From an uncultured bacterium (GTDB lineage: Bacteria > Chloroflexota > UBA5177 > JANWHV01): DNA of 64,000 nt. Location of the stretch: assembly GCA_963729625.1 (NCBI GenBank), contig CAVSOU010000010.1, forward strand, positions 256,001-320,000. Direction: 5' to 3'. The notes under the pieces are model-generated. The model did not search any database. It saw only the letters and a program-made list of their open reading frames with translations, and was not told where the DNA came from. Of the stretch, positions 10,390-20,072 are shown piece by piece; positions within the stretch are counted from its first letter, which is position 1, and each line of letters begins with the position of its first letter. The position numbers and the translations under genes are program-made.

Positions 10390-11288
10390 CGGTGAAGGTA
10401 GCCCGCACGTTTGAGGACGTTCGTCTTGATACGCCAGCCATGCTGTCTATCGGTACCTTCGACGGCGTGCATCGTGGCCACCGATTCCTCTTGGAACAAG
10501 CGCGAAATCGAGCCATTGAGCAGCAGTTCGCGCTTGTGATCGTCACCTTCGACCCGTGCCCTGCCGTGATCCTGCGTCCGGATGTCGGTCGCTATCAGAT
10601 CAGCACGCCGGCGCAGAAGCTACAACTCCTCGACAACCTCGACTCCAGCCTCATCGTGCTGCTGACGTTCACGCCTCAGCTCTCGCGCTTGAGCGCGGAA
10701 GCGTTCATGGATGAGCTGGAGGCACGTCTGCAGCTCAGAGAGCTTTGGGTCGGCCAGGACTTCCGGTTTGGACACGACCGCCGTGGCGATCCGGACATGC
10801 TGGCCGTACGGAGCCGGACGTCCGGATTCTCGCTCCACGTCGTCAGTCGAAGGATGGACGACAAGGAGAGCATATCGAGCTCCCGAATTCGCGGCGTGAT
10901 CGCTCGCGGAGATGTCGAAAATGCGACGCCGCTGCTGGGGTATCCATTTCGACGTGCCTCCGAGGGAGTCGCGGCGGCCACGTGGATCTCCGGCGGGGAC
11001 TGCGTTTCATGTTCGATCGCGCCCCACCTTCTGCTTCCCGCCGACGGCATGTATGCCGTTCAGACTTCCTCGGGAATACAGACCGTTGCTCTCGTAGCCG
11101 GATCGGCGCAGAAAGCGCAGCTCATGGTCAAAGGCACTGAGGCGGGCAGCTCGTTCGAGGTCGAGTTCGTGCACTGGCTAACGACATACGGCGAGTATCT
11201 GCACGACCCAGCACGCTGGGACGTTGCCGCCACTACACTAGTGTCTCGGTGGCAGCGTCCCACCTACGCGCCGATCAGCAGTCACTAG
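10386..11288 (+). CDS. ribF: FAD synthetase (RibF family); FMN adenylyltransferase domain intact, riboflavin kinase domain degenerate
   Basis: IGTFDGVHRGH, GQDFRFG, ISSSRIR present; GFPTAN kinase motif absent. Confidence 0.88.
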   Translation: MTVKVARTFEDVRLDTPAMLSIGTFDGVHRGHRFLLEQARNRAIEQQFALVIVTFDPCPAVILRPDVGRYQISTPAQKLQLLDNLDSSLIVLLTFTPQLSRLSAEAFMDELEARLQLRELWVGQDFRFGHDRRGDPDMLAVRSRTSGFSLHVVSRRMDDKESISSSRIRGVIARGDVENATPLLGYPFRRASEGVAAATWISGGDCVSCSIAPHLLLPADGMYAVQTSSGIQTVALVAGSAQKAQLMVKGTEAGSSFEVEFVHWLTTYGEYLHDPARWDVAATTLVSRWQRPTYAPISSH

Positions 11289-11308
11289 CTTCCGGATCGC
11301 CGAGCAGG

Positions 11309-11545
11309 TCAGTGGCACCCACACGAGCCACATGATCCACCGCTGCAGCTACCGCAGCCGCCCGACGCGCTGGTGTCAGCACTGCTCGAGTCGCCGGCAC
11401 CGACGCTTGCGAAGGTGGACACCAGCTTCTGCACCTTCGGGCTATGACAGTGCCGGCAGACGACTGAGTCTGCTACCGCCCGCATCTGCACGAATAGCTC
11501 GAATCGCCGGGAACAATCAGTACACTTATACTCGTAGACAGGCAT
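11309..11545 (-). CDS. FmdB family zinc-ribbon protein
   Basis: MPVYEYKCTDC...CRHC and a Cys/Gly-rich tail GCGSCSGGSCGSC. Confidence 0.92.
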   Translation of the reverse strand: MPVYEYKCTDCSRRFELFVQMRAVADSVVCRHCHSPKVQKLVSTFASVGAGDSSSADTSASGGCGSCSGGSCGSCGCH

Positions 11546-11679
11546 CGTGACCTCCAGAGCTGCGTGAAGTGGCATGCATTGTACGGACTCGCCCGCCAAC
11601 CGACGGTATGTCTTTCCGGCCGTGGCGAGCGCCAACCGCTCATGACCAGACCGGAATCGAACCTGGCAAGATAGTGTAG

Positions 11680-12507
11680 GTGATGGTAGCAAGTTCTGGG
11701 TTGCCAGCCAACGGCGAGGATCAGATGATGCCGGGCGCCGCGTCGAGAGCGGAGGCGATGCAGGCGCTGCTCGGCATCCGCTTCAACGATTCGCAGCTGT
11801 TGCTACAGGCCCTGCTGCATCGCTCTGCCGTGCTGGAGCGTCAACGCGTGCACGGTGCGCTGCCGCTGGTGGCCTCAAACGAGCGCCTGGAATTTCTCGG
11901 CGACGCGGTGCTCAGCATGCTTGTGGCGGAATACGCGTATCAGCATTTTACAGACTACGACGAAGGAAGGCTTACCGAAGTCCGCGCAGCTCTCGTGCGC
12001 CGCTCCACGCTGGCGATTCTTGCCGACGGCCTGGGAATCGCGGAGTTGCTTTATGTTGGGCGGTCAGAGCGCAAGAGCGGCAGCCGAGGAAGGATGACGG
12101 TTCTCGCCGAGGCGCTTGAGGCTGTTGTGGCTGCGGTGTACCTCGACCAGGGTTTGGAAGTCACTCGCCACATCGTATTCAACATGCTCGCGGGTAGAAT
12201 TCCGTACCTCTTGCACAGGGCGGACGCCCTGAATCCCAAATCTCGGCTCCAAGAACTGGCACAGTCGACCATGCGTTTGCTCCCCACCTACGAGCTGCTG
12301 GGCCGCACCGGACCGGCGCATGACAGCCGCTTTACCGTGACCGCGTGGGTTGGCGAGCAGTGTGCGACCGGACACGGTACGTCGAAACGGAGCGCAGAAC
12401 AGCATGCCGCGCAACTGTTGCTTGAGGTAATTGAATCGACTGCGGCTGAATTTCACGAGGCCGTGCACGCACAGGCCGCCCAGCCCGATGGGCATCCCGA
12501 TGGCTGA
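11680..12507 (+). CDS. rnc: Ribonuclease III (start may be ~11725)
   Basis: NERLEFLGDAVL signature; dsRBD NPKSRLQE...GPAH...GTSKRSAEQHAA. Confidence 0.96.
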   Translation: MMVASSGLPANGEDQMMPGAASRAEAMQALLGIRFNDSQLLLQALLHRSAVLERQRVHGALPLVASNERLEFLGDAVLSMLVAEYAYQHFTDYDEGRLTEVRAALVRRSTLAILADGLGIAELLYVGRSERKSGSRGRMTVLAEALEAVVAAVYLDQGLEVTRHIVFNMLAGRIPYLLHRADALNPKSRLQELAQSTMRLLPTYELLGRTGPAHDSRFTVTAWVGEQCATGHGTSKRSAEQHAAQLLLEVIESTAAEFHEAVHAQAAQPDGHPDG

Positions 12508-13696
12508 CACGCGTGCACGGCGCGAGCGCACGGGATCAGATGATCGTCCGCGCCAGCTCACTCTATTCGACCTGACTGACGAGGCCGAAGCAGCATCCGC
12601 ACCGCTGGCGAAGCGCACCGTGGCGACCGGCACATCGGCTGCGACGGCGCCCGCTGAGTCGCACGAGCGTGATGCGGCGATGGCGTCTCGTGCCGGCCTG
12701 CCAGGCGACTTCGAAAATGACCGGCTGGCAGGACCTTTCAGCGTGACGGCCTCAGCTCCTCGCCCCGGAGCCGCGACGCTACGACCGGCGATCGACGAGT
12801 ACAAGCAGTACCTAGCGGCAATGAACCGATCCAAGCATACGCGCGACAGCTTCGGGCTCGATCTCAAGCTGTTGCTCGAGCACCTCGGCAACGCGCCGCT
12901 TCATGCCATCGGCGAGCGGGATCTGAGATCGTTCATCAGTTGGGTCAGCGTACAACGGGGCAACAGCGCCACGTCAGTGCGGCGAAAGGTGGCAACGCTC
13001 AAGAATTTCTTCGCCTATCTCCGGCGCGAGCGCGCCATACCAACGGATCCTGCCGCGACTTTGATCTATCCAGAGATCTATCCCGCCTTGCCCGAGTTCT
13101 TGGAGGACGACCAGGTCGCGGATCTGCTCGAGGCGGCCGGTGAGCACCTATTTTGGAAAGCGCTCGTGCTCCTCATGCTTGAAACGGGGTTGAAGCGCGA
13201 TGAGGCGGTCGCGCTCGGTCGCACCGATGTGGTCCTGAGCCGCGACGCGCATGCCTCCTATCTCGTCGTACGAGAGACCGAACAGGCCAAACGACTGCGA
13301 TCGCGCAGATTGGACATCGGAGACGACCTGGCCTCGCTTCTCATCGACTTCGTGAACACGCAGCCCGAGCGTGAGCGGTTCTTTGAAGTCTCCGCCCGCG
13401 GGGTCAACTTCATCGTCGAGACATGCGGCAAACGGGCCCATATTGCCACGAAGGCAAACAAGCTCACGCCACAGATCCTGCGAGCGACTTTTGCCGTGCG
13501 TGCGATGCGCGCAATGGTTGCACTAGAGGACGCGCGGCGGAGTGCTGGCGCTGCCGAGTCCGCAGTAAGTGCGATGGCCGACCAGCACGACCTGCAACTG
13601 TTGCGGTTACTTGGCCTGCACGAAGAGCCCGAGTCGGCGAAGAAGTACCGCAAGCTGGTACGCGGCTGGTCGGAGCACACGAGGCTCGGTGGATGA
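12500..13696 (+). CDS. Divergent tyrosine recombinase-like protein (XerD-like fold, substituted active site)
   Basis: SAM-like core-binding domain (NSATSVRRKVATLKNFFAYL, DPAATL); box I TGLKRDE, box II TPQILRATFA, LLGL...KKY. Confidence 0.8.
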   Translation: MADTRARRERTGSDDRPRQLTLFDLTDEAEAASAPLAKRTVATGTSAATAPAESHERDAAMASRAGLPGDFENDRLAGPFSVTASAPRPGAATLRPAIDEYKQYLAAMNRSKHTRDSFGLDLKLLLEHLGNAPLHAIGERDLRSFISWVSVQRGNSATSVRRKVATLKNFFAYLRRERAIPTDPAATLIYPEIYPALPEFLEDDQVADLLEAAGEHLFWKALVLLMLETGLKRDEAVALGRTDVVLSRDAHASYLVVRETEQAKRLRSRRLDIGDDLASLLIDFVNTQPERERFFEVSARGVNFIVETCGKRAHIATKANKLTPQILRATFAVRAMRAMVALEDARRSAGAAESAVSAMADQHDLQLLRLLGLHEEPESAKKYRKLVRGWSEHTRLGG

Positions 13697-13780
13697 CGAC
13701 CCGGCGCGCAGTGCTATCGTCGGCAACCTGGGCGATATCTCGGACGGATCGCCCGCAGTCACCAGCCGTAGCACACCGAG

Positions 13781-14965
13781 TCAGCCAAGCTCGCTGATCG
13801 CATCGAGGACGGCCTCCGCGACATCTCGCTTGCTGGCCATGGGCACCTCTCTCGGCTCCGTTCCAGGCCGGCACAACCAGACGTGGTTGGTATCGGTGTC
13901 GAATCCGGCGCCGGGCTCAGAGACGTCATTGGCCACGAGGAGGTCGGCACCCTTCTGATCCATTTTTTCACCCGCCCGGTGCAATAAGTCTTCAGTTTCC
14001 GCGGCGAATGCGACGATGCGCGTTCCTGGAGGCCGGGATATGGAGCGCAGTATGTCAACCGTAGGCACAAGTGGCAACGACAGCTCTCGAGGAGATCTAC
14101 TAATTTTGCTGGGAGAGGGGTCAGCAGATTTGTAATCGGCGACCGCCGCGGCCATGATCAAAATGGTATTGTCGCTCATACATTTCTGTACCGCAGCAAA
14201 AAGATCATCAGCTGTCCAGATCTGGATTACTGCAGCCCCTGATGGGGGCGCCAACGCGACAGGCCCGGTAATCAGCGTCACGTCCGCGCCGCGGCGCGCG
14301 GCCGCCTCGGCAAGCGCATAGCCCATCTTGCCCGAACTGCGATTCGAGATGTAGCGGACCGGGTCGATAGGTTCCTGCGTTGGCCCGGCCGTGACCACGA
14401 CGTGCCGTCCGGCAAAGTCACGCGGGCGCCATATGCGGGCCAGAATTGCGGACACGATTTCTGCCGTATCCGCGAGACGTCCCACGCCGCGCGTGCCTTC
14501 CGCCAGATAGCCGCTGGCTGGCCCTACAAATCGTGCGCCGCGCGCCTTGAGCGTGGAAACGTGCTGCAGCGTGGCAACGTTTATCCACATCGACGTGTTC
14601 ATCGCCGGCGCGAACAACAACGGTGCGCTGGAAGCCAGTAGCAAGGAGCCAAGCGCATCGTCCGCTATTCCCAGTGCGCATTTGGCGATTACGTTCGCGG
14701 TTGCCGGAACAACGGCCACAAGAGCGGCGGCATGAGCGAGCCGGATGTGGGAGATGTCCATATCTGGCTGCTCGTCCCACAGGCTCGTGAGAACAGGATG
14801 ATGTGTGATACTTTCGAACGAAAGCGGCGCCACGAAGCGCGTCGCATTTTCGGTCATGACCGTGCGCACGGAGACGCCGTTCTGCACGAGTTTGCTGGCT
14901 ACGTCGAGCGCCTTGTACGCCGCTATGCTTCCCGTTACACCGAGAACGACAATGGTCTCAGTCAC
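13781..14965 (-). CDS. coaBC: Bifunctional phosphopantothenoylcysteine decarboxylase/synthetase
   Basis: [48 protein letters not shown]; the longer ORF extension upstream is not credible. Confidence 0.96.
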   Translation of the reverse strand: MTETIVVLGVTGSIAAYKALDVASKLVQNGVSVRTVMTENATRFVAPLSFESITHHPVLTSLWDEQPDMDISHIRLAHAAALVAVVPATANVIAKCALGIADDALGSLLLASSAPLLFAPAMNTSMWINVATLQHVSTLKARGARFVGPASGYLAEGTRGVGRLADTAEIVSAILARIWRPRDFAGRHVVVTAGPTQEPIDPVRYISNRSSGKMGYALAEAAARRGADVTLITGPVALAPPSGAAVIQIWTADDLFAAVQKCMSDNTILIMAAAVADYKSADPSPSKISRSPRELSLPLVPTVDILRSISRPPGTRIVAFAAETEDLLHRAGEKMDQKGADLLVANDVSEPGAGFDTDTNHVWLCRPGTEPREVPMASKRDVAEAVLDAISELG

Positions 14966-15172
14966 CGCGGCTCCCTCGCAAGAACGTGTTCTGCAACACG
15001 GGCCCCCGAAAAAGGTTGGTTGGCGAACTACTCCGCCAGTGTACCGCTCCAGTGGGCCGTCTCGGTATCCGATTGGCTGGGAACGCGGTCTTCGCCTATA
15101 CTCTATGTGCTGCGGTGCCAACACCGGTTGAATCCGAAGACCGCTCGAGTCCGTAGTTAAGGAGTAGGGACG

Positions 15173-15454
15173 GTGGCTGCCAAGAGTGATGGTGCGATTA
15201 AATACCCTAGCTCGAAGCTGGTCAAGAACCTGAACGTGTTGTCCGCGGGGCTGGGCATTGCCAGCATAGTTCTTGATGCCGTGGTGCCAGTGGTGCAACA
15301 GGTCGGGAAGAAGAAGCAGGCGAAGGAAGGGCTTGAGCGAGCGATCTCTCTCATGATCTTCTTCACTGCGATTCGCACCGTGCCACGCCTCATTCGCGAG
15401 ATTCGCAAGTTGCGCGCGCAGATCGGAACGCCGGTCGCCGGGGAGAACCCCTAA
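15173..15454 (+). CDS. Small hypothetical protein, possibly membrane-associated
   Basis: TAAGGAG RBS before GTG 15173; protein-like composition with two hydrophobic/amphipathic helices; co-oriented with rpmE. Confidence 0.7.
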   Translation: MAAKSDGAIKYPSSKLVKNLNVLSAGLGIASIVLDAVVPVVQQVGKKKQAKEGLERAISLMIFFTAIRTVPRLIREIRKLRAQIGTPVAGENP

Positions 15455-15522
15455 CCGGGATCGGCACATGTGGGACCTGACGTGCACGCATGTCAGAATA
15501 CACAGAGAGTAGGACAGAACAG

Positions 15523-15765
15523 ATGAAGCCAGGTATCCATCCCGTCTACAACCACGACTGCAGGGTTACGTGCGCTTGTGGCAATACGTTTCTGACCGGT
15601 TCAACGGCCAAAGCCGTGCGCGTCGACGTGTGCGCGAAGTGCCATCCGTTCTACACCGGCCAGCAGCGCATTATCGACACCGGTGGACAGGTCGAGCGCT
15701 TCCTGAAGCGACAGCGGCGAACCGAAGGTACCGAGCAACCGGCAAGCGCCGCTGGCAGCTCCTAG
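15523..15765 (+). CDS. rpmE: 50S ribosomal protein L31 (Zn-binding type)
   Basis: [23 protein letters not shown]. Confidence 0.97.
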   Translation: MKPGIHPVYNHDCRVTCACGNTFLTGSTAKAVRVDVCAKCHPFYTGQQRIIDTGGQVERFLKRQRRTEGTEQPASAAGSS

Positions 15766-15893
15766 CGCCGATAGGTCCGGCGTAAGGGTTGGCCAGAGAT
15801 GGCGAGGGGCGTAGCGAGAATCGAACATTCATGGCTGCGCCTCTCGCCATGCTGTGGAGCGCGAATAGTAGCCACGGCCGGGAGAGAACGGGT

Positions 15894-16790
15894 ATGGCAA
15901 CACACTATGGAGGCCAAGCCCTCATCGAGGGCGTGCTGATACGCGGCCGTGTCGGACTGTTCGCCGCGGTGCGCGCGCCAGACGGCAAGATTGTTACGCG
16001 CGAGATTTCGCTGCCTTCCCACCGCCGCGGCGTGCTCGGACGTTTGCCGATCATGCGAGGACTGCTGGCGCTGGGTGACACCATTGCCTTCGGCTCTCAG
16101 ATGCTGCTGTTCTCAGCCGACGTCGCGGCCGGCGGTTCTGGCCAGGCGCCAGGCCCCACTGGCAGACGCGCCACCGTCGGCGTGGCGGGTGCGGCGGCCA
16201 TTCTGTTCGCTATCGCGCCCGCCATGGTGTCCGCTCGCCTGAAGAAGCCCAAAGCGAATCGGAAGAAGCAACAAGCGGGTTTTGCCGACCATCTTGTCGA
16301 GAGCGCAACGCGCGTTGGTATCTTCTTGGCCTATCTTTCGGCGGTTGGCCGCCTCAAAGACGTGCGGCGTATTTTCGCCTATCACGGGGCGGAGCACAAG
16401 TCGATCAGTGCGCTCGAAGCGGGGGCAGAGCTTGTTCCAGCATCGGTGCAGGCATTCGATACGGCGCACCCTCGTTGCGGCACGGCGTTCCTCTTTCAGT
16501 CGATGCTGACCTCCAGCATCGTCTACGGCCTCGTAGGCAACCGAACTCCATTGGGGAGGATCGGCACGCGAGTGGCACTCGTACCAGCCGTCGCTGGCAT
16601 CAGTTTCGAGGTGCTGCAGTTCAACGCCAAGCACCTGGATTCACCCATTGTCAGGCTGCTCAACGTACCAGGCATGTTGCTTCAACGCATCACGACGCGG
16701 CAGCCCACCGACGACCAGGTCGAGGTTGCGCTCGCCGCGCTTCAAGGGGCGCTAAGGATGGACGAGAAGAGCGAACAGACTGAGCAATGA
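15894..16790 (+). CDS. DUF1385 family membrane protein
   Basis: YGGQALIEGV, YHGAEHK, HPRCGT motifs; rpmE-DUF1385-prfA synteny. Confidence 0.92.
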   Translation: MATHYGGQALIEGVLIRGRVGLFAAVRAPDGKIVTREISLPSHRRGVLGRLPIMRGLLALGDTIAFGSQMLLFSADVAAGGSGQAPGPTGRRATVGVAGAAAILFAIAPAMVSARLKKPKANRKKQQAGFADHLVESATRVGIFLAYLSAVGRLKDVRRIFAYHGAEHKSISALEAGAELVPASVQAFDTAHPRCGTAFLFQSMLTSSIVYGLVGNRTPLGRIGTRVALVPAVAGISFEVLQFNAKHLDSPIVRLLNVPGMLLQRITTRQPTDDQVEVALAALQGALRMDEKSEQTEQ

Positions 16791-17872
16791 ACGAAGTTAC
16801 CATCGCTGAGCGCCTCGCAGACTTCAAGCGGCGCTACGACGACCTCACGAGCGCATTGTCGGATCCGGCGGTCTTCTCGGATAGTGGGTTGCTCACGACC
16901 TACGGTCGCGAGCAGTCCGATGTGGCGCCGTATGCGGAGCTCTGTGACGTCATGCGCGGGCTCGAGGGAGATATCGCTCTGTACGATGAGCTGCTCAGCT
17001 CTGGGCTGGAGGGCCCAGATTTCGAGGATGCCCGCGCCGAGGTTCGCCGGCTCAGCGCCGAGCGCGCCGAGCTTCTCGAGAGAGCCCGGCAAATGTTGCT
17101 GCCCAAGGATCCGCACGACGACAAGAGCGTGATCGTCGAGGTGCGTGCCGGCACAGGAGGCGAGGAGGCAGCCCTGTTCGCGCTCGAGCTGTTCCGCATG
17201 TACAACCGCTATGCCGAGCGTAAAGGTTGGATCGTCGACCTCGTCAGCCTATCGGAAAGCGGCGCAGGCGGCACGAAAGAAGCCGTATTCGAGATATCAG
17301 GTCGAGGCGCGTATAGCCGCCTCAAGTACGAGAGCGGCGGGCATCGGGTGCAACGCGTGCCGGTCACCGAGTCCAGCGGCCGGCTTCACACCTCCATGGC
17401 TACGGTGGCAGTCCTGCCTGAGGTTGAGGACATCGACGTCGAGGTCAACGAATCCGACCTCCGCATCGACGTCTACCGCTCTACCGGCCACGGTGGCCAG
17501 AGCGTGAATACGACTGATTCGGCCGTTCGCATCACACACATTCCTACCGGCATGGTGGTGACCTGCCAGGACGAAAAATCGCAACTCAAGAACCGCGCAA
17601 AGGCCATGGCGGTGCTTCGGGCTCGCCTCTACGACATTGAGCAGCGCAAGCGCAATCAGGCGTTGAGCGAGCATCGGAAGCTACTGATCGGCAGCGGCGA
17701 TCGAAACGAGCGCGTGCGAACGTACAACTTCCCTCAGGATCGCCTCACAGATGAGCGCCTCGCCATGAACTTCCATAATCTGCCCGTGATTATGGACGGC
17801 GATCTCGACGCACTGCTGAATGCCCTCGCAGCAGTCGACCGCGAGGAGCAGCTCGCGTCGACCGCTTCGTAA
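16787..17872 (+). CDS. prfA: Peptide chain release factor 1
   Basis: RVQRVPVTE (PxT), GHGGQSVNTTDSAVR, RTYNFPQ. Confidence 0.97.
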   Translation: MNEVTIAERLADFKRRYDDLTSALSDPAVFSDSGLLTTYGREQSDVAPYAELCDVMRGLEGDIALYDELLSSGLEGPDFEDARAEVRRLSAERAELLERARQMLLPKDPHDDKSVIVEVRAGTGGEEAALFALELFRMYNRYAERKGWIVDLVSLSESGAGGTKEAVFEISGRGAYSRLKYESGGHRVQRVPVTESSGRLHTSMATVAVLPEVEDIDVEVNESDLRIDVYRSTGHGGQSVNTTDSAVRITHIPTGMVVTCQDEKSQLKNRAKAMAVLRARLYDIEQRKRNQALSEHRKLLIGSGDRNERVRTYNFPQDRLTDERLAMNFHNLPVIMDGDLDALLNALAAVDREEQLASTAS

Positions 17873-17924
17873 CCCGCTGGGTCAGTCGATGCGCGACGCG
17901 TTCGCTTCCGGGACCAACGCGCGA

Positions 17925-18800
17925 ATGAACGGCAAGGACTGGCACCACACCGTCGGCGTGGTGCTGGCAACGGCGCGAGCATCGCTTGCCGCGCGCGAGA
18001 TACCGGAACCCGCTCTGGAGGCTTCCGTGCTGCTTGCCAGTCTCCTCGGCCGCTCCCGCGCATGGCTGGTTGCGCACGCGGATGCAGGCGTTTCCAAACC
18101 CGGGTCGGCCTGTTTCCTCGCGATGGTGGAGCGCCGGTGTCGCCGCGAGCCTACTGCCTACATACTTGGCCAGAAGCAATGGCTTGACATAACTCTTGAG
18201 GTGAATCGCAGCGTGCTGATTCCGCGACCGGAGACCGAGCTACTGGCCGAGGAAGCGATTGCCGCACTGAGCGATCTCCAGCGATCGCTCGCTCGCCCGG
18301 CGATCGCGGTCGACGTCGGAACAGGTTCCGGCGCGCTGGCAATCGCGATGGCTCGCGCGGTCCCCGGCGCGCGGGTGCTGGCGATTGACAACAGCGCGGG
18401 CGCCCTGCGCGTCGCGCGCACCAATGCGCGGCGTCTGGGAGCGCTCACCGTGCAGTTTCTTCTCGGCAACTTCCTCGCGCCGGTTACTATCAAGCCCGAT
18501 ATTGTGGTCGCCAATATGCCCTACGTACCCACGTGCGAAGTCGACACCCTCGAACCGGAGCTCACCTACGAGCCGGTCCGCGCGCTTGACGGAGGTCCAG
18601 ACGGCCTGGATCTGATCCGTGAGCTGCTCCACCAGGCGAAGCACTCGCTTGCGGCTCACGGGCGGCTCATGTTCGAGGGCGGAGCCGGGCAGTCGCACGC
18701 GATCGCCCTTGCGTTGCGTGGACACTGGCCCGATGCTCAGATTCGCATCAGGCAGGATTATGCAGGGTTTGACCGGATTGTCGTGGCGAAGACCGAGTGA
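17925..18800 (+). CDS. prmC: Release factor glutamine methyltransferase (start approximate)
   Basis: LIPRPETE, DVGTGSG, NMPY, ALDGGPDGL; follows prfA. Confidence 0.94.
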   Translation: MNGKDWHHTVGVVLATARASLAAREIPEPALEASVLLASLLGRSRAWLVAHADAGVSKPGSACFLAMVERRCRREPTAYILGQKQWLDITLEVNRSVLIPRPETELLAEEAIAALSDLQRSLARPAIAVDVGTGSGALAIAMARAVPGARVLAIDNSAGALRVARTNARRLGALTVQFLLGNFLAPVTIKPDIVVANMPYVPTCEVDTLEPELTYEPVRALDGGPDGLDLIRELLHQAKHSLAAHGRLMFEGGAGQSHAIALALRGHWPDAQIRIRQDYAGFDRIVVAKTE

Positions 18801-18820
18801 CTCCGCGTGTGGAGGCTGGT

Positions 18821-19795
18821 CTAGATGGCCAGATCTCGCGATACAAGCGCATAGAGTACGGCTTGTCCGGTCGGCAGCCTGTTGGCAGCCTGCTGGAACA
18901 CAATCGACTGCGGCCCATCGATCACCGGAGACGCCACTTCCTCCGACCGATTTGCCGGCAGACAGTGCATGAACACAGCGTCTTCCCCGGCGTAGCGCAT
19001 GAGCGCAGAGTCAACACGATATTTGGAGAATACCTTGGCGCGCGCCGGTCGTTCGTGGTCCGCGTTGCCCATTGAGACCCACAGATCGGTGTAGACGGCA
19101 TTTGCGCTCTTCACCGCTTCGTACGGATCGGCCGTGACAGTCAGGCGGCCTCCCGTAGTCTCGTTCTTCTCGATTGCCCAGGCAGTCACCTGAGGCTGCG
19201 GCTCGTAACTCGGAGGCGAAGCGACCACCATATCAATCCCGATGATCGCGGCTGCTTCGATGAGGCTGTGCGTCACGTTATTGTTGCCGTCGCCCACGTA
19301 GGCAAGCCGCAGCCCGGCCAGGCTTCCAAAGTGCTCCCGCAGTGTAAGGAGGTCCGCCAGGCTCTGGCACGGATGGTGTTCGTCCGTCAAAGTATTGACC
19401 ACCGGAACGGTTGCCGCGGCCGCAAACCGTTCAACGTCTGCATGTGCGAACGTTCGGATGCAACAAGCCGCCGCATAGGCGCTGACCACGCGCGCCGTAT
19501 CCTCGATCGTTTCGCCTTTGCCCATCTGCAGCTCGGCGGGACGTACCGTGATCGGGTGGCCCCCAAGGCGGGCAACAGCCGTCTCCATGGAAATGCGGGT
19601 GCGCGTTGACGGCTTGTCGAAGAACAGGACGACCGAGCAGCCCCCTAGAGCGTCGCGGTGCGCAAGCGGCTCGCGCTTGAAGGCGGAGGCGAGATCGAGC
19701 AGGCCGTAGAGGCTTTCGCCCGAGAGGTCCGCCGTTTGCAGCAGATTGCCGGGAAATGCTGGCTTGGTTTGTGGTACCAGCGTAGCCGCACCCAT
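18821..19795 (-). CDS. argF: Ornithine carbamoyltransferase
   Basis: PSTRT, HPCQ, YTDLWVSMG, HCLP motifs. Confidence 0.96.
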   Translation of the reverse strand: MGAATLVPQTKPAFPGNLLQTADLSGESLYGLLDLASAFKREPLAHRDALGGCSVVLFFDKPSTRTRISMETAVARLGGHPITVRPAELQMGKGETIEDTARVVSAYAAACCIRTFAHADVERFAAAATVPVVNTLTDEHHPCQSLADLLTLREHFGSLAGLRLAYVGDGNNNVTHSLIEAAAIIGIDMVVASPPSYEPQPQVTAWAIEKNETTGGRLTVTADPYEAVKSANAVYTDLWVSMGNADHERPARAKVFSKYRVDSALMRYAGEDAVFMHCLPANRSEEVASPVIDGPQSIVFQQAANRLPTGQAVLYALVSRDLAI

Positions 19796-19975
19796 TCTTC
19801 TCTCCCCGTATGCTACATGCCGGTGTACTACTGTGCACGCGGTCGAGGCCGTCTCGTCGATGCGACATCGACATGTCAGGGGCCTCGAACAAGCAGCGAA
19901 AGCCCTGCGTTGTCCTGCTGCAAGGCGACCAGGCGCGAGACGCGCCCTCGGCTCCCAACTGCACAGCACTAAAGA

Positions 19976-20016
19976 TTTATGATTATGCATTATACTGCAA
20001 TTCCATACGCGATCAA
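19976..20016 (-). promoter_or_regulatory. argF promoter overlapped by ArgR (ARG) boxes
   Basis: AT-rich island; TGCATTATACTGCA (19986-19999) flanked by weaker copies; minus-strand TATAAT (19994-19989) and TTGATC (20016-20011). Confidence 0.75.
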
Positions 20017-20072
20017 GGCGACAGGAAGTCGATAGCTGCGGGCTCCGGTCAGGCGACTCGTGCTACCTCCGG

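Noticed and set aside
14966-15487. 174-aa N-terminal extension of CoaBC
   Set aside because: It overlaps a better-supported plus-strand gene; CoaBC homology starts at 14965.
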